Sequence record: MW349128.1
DNA length: 64,000 nucleotides
Direction: 5' to 3' (one strand)
Shown: in pieces, positions 59,357 through 64,000 of the stretch
How positions within the stretch are numbered: position 1 is the stretch's first letter
How the letters are laid out: every line of letters starts with the position of its first letter
The notes under the pieces: generated by a model
Seen by the model: the letters and a program-made list of their open reading frames with translations, nothing else
Told to the model about the DNA's origin: nothing
Database searches by the model: none
Made by a program: the position numbers and the translations under genes

Positions 59357-60094
59357 ATTTTATTATCTAATAAAAATTATAAGGAAGATATTCTTAAAGA
59401 AGAAATTAATATAGTTAATGAATCAATATTATTTAATGAAAATATAAATTCTTTAAACGAATCCCCTGTTGGTAATTTCTTTGAAATGGTTAAAGAATTC
59501 TTTCTAAATATACTATCACTTATTAAGAATGCACTAGTTAAATTTATGAAATTCTTTAATACGCATTTTAATAGAACTACACTAAAAACAAAAAGTATAC
59601 TTAAGAAAATAGAAAAGAATAAAGAAAATATAAATGTTGCAATGAGTAATTTATCTGGTTCAGCATCTATATTTTATATATGGAAAGCTAAAGATCTTAA
59701 GAAATACGAAGATGTATTAAAACATGCAGGTAAGACTAGTTTTGATTTAAAATACAAAGAATTTGAAATGGATCTAAATGAGAATAATCATTATTTAGAA
59801 ATACCTTTAACAATGTCATTAGATTTAAAATATGTAGTTGAAAAATCATTTGAACAGTTTAATGCTTCAAAGAATTTCGCTAAATCTTTTAAAATATCTT
59901 CAGACACTATGAAAGGTGCTTCCGAAACTTCAATTAAATTTGCTACTAAAGAAATTGAAGCTGAGAAGATAAAAGAAAATCAAAGACTTGTTAATGACTT
60001 GAACAAATTAAATATACTATATAGAAAAGTCATTAATAATTCATTAAAAAGTCATAATGAATTATTAAATAAAGTTGAAGAATATATAAAATAA
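59357..60094 (+). CDS. Inner-head protein family member with a probable ATT start
   Basis: Frame is open from 59342 with no ATG/GTG/TTG until 59486; RBS AGAAAGGGG at 59341-59349; the extension encodes the family propeptide. Confidence 0.65.
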   Translation: MLLSNKNYKEDILKEEINIVNESILFNENINSLNESPVGNFFEMVKEFFLNILSLIKNALVKFMKFFNTHFNRTTLKTKSILKKIEKNKENINVAMSNLSGSASIFYIWKAKDLKKYEDVLKHAGKTSFDLKYKEFEMDLNENNHYLEIPLTMSLDLKYVVEKSFEQFNASKNFAKSFKISSDTMKGASETSIKFATKEIEAEKIKENQRLVNDLNKLNILYRKVINNSLKSHNELLNKVEEYIK

Positions 60095-60113
60095 AAAAGG
60101 GTGGAAATATAAA

Positions 60114-60935
60114 ATGATTGAAAATATCAGTATTGAAGAAAGTTTTTTAAATGAAGAATTAGAAATCGTTACAGAAGCAATTTCTATGAATGAAGCAGTT
60201 CAAGAAGTTGTTAAAGATAAGAAAGATTCTAATATTAAGAAAACAGTTAAAAAATTAAAAGAATTCTTTGTTAAGATTGTTAGAGCAATCCAAGAAGCTA
60301 TGAAAAAATTCTCTACTTTCTTTGTAGCAAATTTTGGTAAAGTGACTAAATTACATGATTTAGCTGCAACAGTTCTAGCTAAACTTAAAAAAGATAAAAA
60401 ATTAATTGCAGATTTTGTCGCATCTAGAGCAGAAATGAAGATACCTGTTGGTAAATTAGCTAAATCAGAAAATTATAAAAAATTAGCTGATTTAAGAAAT
60501 AAGATCTATTCAGATGATTTTGACAAAGAATACGGTGAATTAAGAAGTAACAGTGCGAGTGAAGCAGATGATCGCATCGCTTTAGGTAATTTAGCAAATG
60601 TTGAAACATTATTGAAACAAAGTGAACAACTTGTAAAATTCTCTAAAGAATCTGCTAGATCATGTAAACAATTAAAAGATGATATCCAAAAAGATAGTAA
60701 AACTGCTATTAGTGAAATCAAAGAATTAGAAAAAGGAAAAACTGACAGAAAAGAAAAAATAAACGAACAAAAAACTTACGTTACTAGAGCAAATAAACTA
60801 TTCAGTATGAATCGTCAAGCTTCAACACAATTCTTAAAACAAGACTACATTCTAAGTAACATTATTGTTAACTTTGGCGTAAGTGTAAAATTAGTAGAAA
60901 CTGAAAATGCTCAAAGAAATAAAGCGTTTCAATAA
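60114..60935 (+). CDS. Inner-head/ejection protein family member
   Basis: SFLNEE..VTEA..MNEA propeptide, then KLKEFFVKIVRAIQEAMKKFSTFF. Confidence 0.7.
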   Translation: MIENISIEESFLNEELEIVTEAISMNEAVQEVVKDKKDSNIKKTVKKLKEFFVKIVRAIQEAMKKFSTFFVANFGKVTKLHDLAATVLAKLKKDKKLIADFVASRAEMKIPVGKLAKSENYKKLADLRNKIYSDDFDKEYGELRSNSASEADDRIALGNLANVETLLKQSEQLVKFSKESARSCKQLKDDIQKDSKTAISEIKELEKGKTDRKEKINEQKTYVTRANKLFSMNRQASTQFLKQDYILSNIIVNFGVSVKLVETENAQRNKAFQ

Positions 60936-60939
60936 TTTA

Positions 60940-60977
60940 AATCCCAATACCTTTAATTAAAATTAGGTATTGGGATT
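60940..60977. terminator. Bidirectional terminator, CCCAATACCT family
   Basis: AATCCCAATACCT/AGGTATTGGGATT. Confidence 0.85.
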
Positions 60978-62255
60978 ATTTTTTGTAAAAGAATGATCTG
61001 ATACTTTTCTTAAAGTTATAAAGCTACTTAAGACTAATGCTTTACTAGCATTTTTAAACTCTTGATTAATTCCAAGAAGTTCATATATTCCATTATAGTG
61101 TTTATAGTAATCATTGAAGAATTCTATGTCAAATTGTTTAAATGTATCGTCTAATGTTATGTCTACATCATTTAATTGCATTCTTAATATTATATCTTTA
61201 CTATTATTAAATTCTTTCTTTAAACTGTAATCGTTATCAAATATATCATCATATACTTTAACTTTATTAATTTCTCCATTACGATCTTCTATTTTTCTTC
61301 TGTATGTAGATAACTTTGTTCCTTCATTTTCATTATCTATTCCAAACAGATTTATTTCAGATCCAACTAGTTCATTAAATAATCTTGTATTATCTACTAA
61401 ACTAACATTATTAATTTTAGTTATTATATTTTTATTTCTTATAGTATCATCTAATTGATTTATCTGTTCGTAACTACCCTCTATTATTTCTTCATCAGTT
61501 TGATTTGATGGAAACCTAACTTGTATATTAACTTTACCAATTGTATTAGGATCAAATCCTGACATGGGTAATATATTTAAACCTGTATGGTGATTAAATA
61601 ATTTTATTTCTCTGTCATATATTCCATAAACATCATCTATGAATTTAAGATTATCATATATATTTGCAGGTAATAACATTATCTGTTCATATATTTTATT
61701 ATTATCAACTTCATGAAAATATATATCTCTATTATTAAATTGAGATAACAAATCAGTAACTACTTCACTTACAGTACAATTATTGTATATACCAGATACT
61801 ATAGGTTTATTTGTTTTTAATATCTCTTCTGATATTGCAACCATTTCATATCTATCAAATAGATTTTTACGATTATCATCATCTTTAGTAATTCTATCAT
61901 CATAATCAATAATATTATTTAAATCCATTAAGGGTTTTAAAATTATTTCTTCATGAAAAGGAACATCTAATTTAACGTCTTCTGTATCATTAGTTGTCAT
62001 ATTAGAACTAAATGAAAATACAACTTTTTCTCTATCCGTATTTATTTTTATAATAGTCTCTTTAGGAGGTCTTAATATAAATCTATAATAAGGCATAATA
62101 TATTCTTGGAAGTTCATTTCAATTCTAGAACGTTTAACATATTGAGAAATATCTTCAGTTGTTCCATCAGAATATAATGCTATAAGTTTTATATTAAACA
62201 ATTTCTTACTTACTAAACTTTCTATCAACTCTTTTTCACCGACTTTCTTCTTCAT
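60963..62255 (-). CDS. Late protein, possibly baseplate hub (gp27/GpD-like)
   Basis: AACA-N6-TA upstream; SGIYNNCTVSEVVTDLL..NLKFIDDVYG pattern; assignment tentative. Confidence 0.45.
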   Translation of the reverse strand: MKKKVGEKELIESLVSKKLFNIKLIALYSDGTTEDISQYVKRSRIEMNFQEYIMPYYRFILRPPKETIIKINTDREKVVFSFSSNMTTNDTEDVKLDVPFHEEIILKPLMDLNNIIDYDDRITKDDDNRKNLFDRYEMVAISEEILKTNKPIVSGIYNNCTVSEVVTDLLSQFNNRDIYFHEVDNNKIYEQIMLLPANIYDNLKFIDDVYGIYDREIKLFNHHTGLNILPMSGFDPNTIGKVNIQVRFPSNQTDEEIIEGSYEQINQLDDTIRNKNIITKINNVSLVDNTRLFNELVGSEINLFGIDNENEGTKLSTYRRKIEDRNGEINKVKVYDDIFDNDYSLKKEFNNSKDIILRMQLNDVDITLDDTFKQFDIEFFNDYYKHYNGIYELLGINQEFKNASKALVLSSFITLRKVSDHSFTKNNPNT

Positions 62256-62355
62256 ATCATTAATAAAATGATGTTATTGCTATACATGGATTTTTATAAA
62301 TTTACAAATGAATAATTAATTATATATTATAATACTGAAAGGATGTAGATAATCA

Positions 62356-63498
62356 ATGGATGTAGAAATAATTGAAAGAATAATAAATTCTAAAAAATTA
62401 AATTACAATAAAATGACGGAATTGGTTAGACCTTATATAGAGGGAGGAAGATTTAGAGGAAATACTAATAATAATAATGTAACCATTTATATAGACATTA
62501 ATAACGTTATTAAGCAATTATATTCACCTCAAGTTTCAGAGAATTTTACTCATTTAAAAACTAAAAATAGATTGAATTTAGTTGTTGAATTAGTAAATAT
62601 TATAGGACATTATAGACATTTCTTTGCAAGTAGATTAAATATGCATTCTAGATTCTTTTTATTCTATTCAGATAAAGAATCAATATATCACACTTCAGTT
62701 GATCCTGATTATAAAAAAGAATATTACAAGAAAATGAATGAAGATAATATAACTTATAGAGATATAAATAAGACTATATCAATAACATTAGAATTAGTTA
62801 AAACAATCGTAAAGTATATACCTAATGCATATTATATTGATACTTATAAAATAGAACCTACTATATTACCTTATTATATTATGGAAAAAACAACTATAGA
62901 TAATGAAAATGATTATTCTTTAATTGTAAGTAATGATAAAATATATAGACAATTATTAGATTATAAAGATAGACTACTACTTTTAGAATTAAGAGGATCT
63001 GAGAAGAGTAAAGTTATTTCCAAAGAAAATATAAAAGGAGAAATATTTAGTTCTAGCACAAAGAAAGATATTAATGATTTTATGAATATTGATTCTGGGA
63101 TCATAGATATTTTTAACTTATTTTCAGATCATAAGGATCAAGAATACAAATCTATATCTGGATATGGACCAGTAACTACAATTAAACTATTAGATAGAAT
63201 GATAGAAGATACAAAATTATCTCCTTTAAAAGAATATAATAATGAAACACTGTTAAGAGATACTTTTAAAGATTATTTAAAAGAAGAAAAATTAGAAGAG
63301 TTAATCAAACGCTTTAAGTTATTTGATCAAAAACACATTGTTGATGAAATTGATGGAAGTAAGATACAAAATATTTTATCTTCTCAAATAATAGATTTTA
63401 ATGACCCTTTAGAAATAAAAAGACTTAATGATGAATTATTTATAAATTCATTTATAAATATAGATTATTTATTTGAAGGAGAAATTAATAGAAACTAA
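62356..63498 (+). CDS. 5' nuclease of the T4 RNase H/FEN (PIN) superfamily, possibly degenerate
   Basis: IYIDINN, LFYSD, IEP, IVSND, H3TH-like SISGYGPVTTIKLL. Confidence 0.6.
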   Translation: MDVEIIERIINSKKLNYNKMTELVRPYIEGGRFRGNTNNNNVTIYIDINNVIKQLYSPQVSENFTHLKTKNRLNLVVELVNIIGHYRHFFASRLNMHSRFFLFYSDKESIYHTSVDPDYKKEYYKKMNEDNITYRDINKTISITLELVKTIVKYIPNAYYIDTYKIEPTILPYYIMEKTTIDNENDYSLIVSNDKIYRQLLDYKDRLLLLELRGSEKSKVISKENIKGEIFSSSTKKDINDFMNIDSGIIDIFNLFSDHKDQEYKSISGYGPVTTIKLLDRMIEDTKLSPLKEYNNETLLRDTFKDYLKEEKLEELIKRFKLFDQKHIVDEIDGSKIQNILSSQIIDFNDPLEIKRLNDELFINSFINIDYLFEGEINRN

Positions 63499-63514
63499 AA
63501 AAAAAAACAAAAAT

Positions 63515-63547
63515 ATCCCATACACTCAATTATAGAGTGTATGGGAT
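63515..63547. terminator. Bidirectional terminator, family variant
   Basis: ATCCCATACACTC/GAGTGTATGGGAT. Confidence 0.8.
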
Positions 63548-63567
63548 TTAAAATTATTTTTTTTTTT

Positions 63568-64000
63568 TTAATAATTTGATATAAATTGTGATACTTCAGA
63601 AATGAAATATTTTTTATCAATATCAGCAATTACTTCTTCTTCAGAATTTAAATCTTCAGGAGTATAACTAAACTTGTAACCATTAACTAATGCAATTCTT
63701 AATATGAAATTATCTTTTTCAGTAATATCATTAATAAATTTATATTTATCCCAAGCAGATACATAGTATTTGTCCGCAATAACATCTAATGATAATTTAC
63801 CCACATTCTTAGCTTTAGTTCCAGAAACTACTTTTGAAGCAACTATCTTACCTAAAGTATCCATATTATTTTCAATTAATTCTTTAGACATGATTGCTAA
63901 TAAAGATACAATACTCTTTCTATCATTTGTATTAACATCAAAATGCTCAGCAAAATAAACTTTAATTAAATGAGATTGTAAATCATTTATATAATCAAAT
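63568..64000 (-). CDS. 3' part of a hypothetical protein extending beyond the window
   Basis: Frame stays open upstream of the ATG at 63891 to the window edge (FDYINDLQSHLIKVYFAEHF...). Confidence 0.75.
   Translation of the reverse strand, partial: FDYINDLQSHLIKVYFAEHFDVNTNDRKSIVSLLAIMSKELIENNMDTLGKIVASKVVSGTKAKNVGKLSLDVIADKYYVSAWDKYKFINDITEKDNFILRIALVNGYKFSYTPEDLNSEEEVIADIDKKYFISEVSQFISNY

Noticed and set aside
3603-63958. Short antisense or alternate-frame ORFs in the track (e.g. 3603, 3858, 15255, 18266, 20500, 21883, 22552, 25772, 26158, 26785, 29128, 32488, 36582, 38394, 45447, 47048, 47291, 47910, 48657, 49160, 50601, 51742, 53543, 57583, 57798, 59043, 60506, 63770)
   Set aside because: Shadows of longer, motif-bearing genes; no RBS or independent features.

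Overview
Very AT-rich 64-kb segment of a PhiKZ/AR9-related jumbo myophage. The host is probably Staphylococcus, inferred from two lysins with lysostaphin-type SH3b domains and a Firmicutes-type SSB tail motif. Contents: SbcC/Rad50 ATPase; N-terminal half of a split family-B DNA polymerase; portal; a non-virion RNAP beta'-C subunit next to an SF2 helicase; lysins; fibre/LamG cassette; inner-head protein paralogues; baseplate genes; RNase HI; dCMP deaminase; and divergent virion-RNAP beta and beta' genes. Seven group I introns can be placed to the nucleotide by restoring conserved reading frames: two in polB, three in RNAP beta, two in RNAP beta'. Four are ORF-less mini-introns of 150-212 nt, and two of these flank a 16-nt micro-exon. 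The best candidates for undescribed biology are (i) this miniature, apparently transposing group I intron family, (ii) a roughly 650-nt, independently transcribed, pseudoknot-rich non-coding unit at about 54.94-55.60 kb, and (iii) two tRNA-like genes with intact D/T/acceptor arms but no normal anticodon loop. Early (ATATATTATA) and late (AAC[A/T/G]-N6-TA) promoter motifs and a palindromic terminator family can be read directly from the sequence. All protein assignments come from motif recognition by eye; no database searches or folding programs were run.
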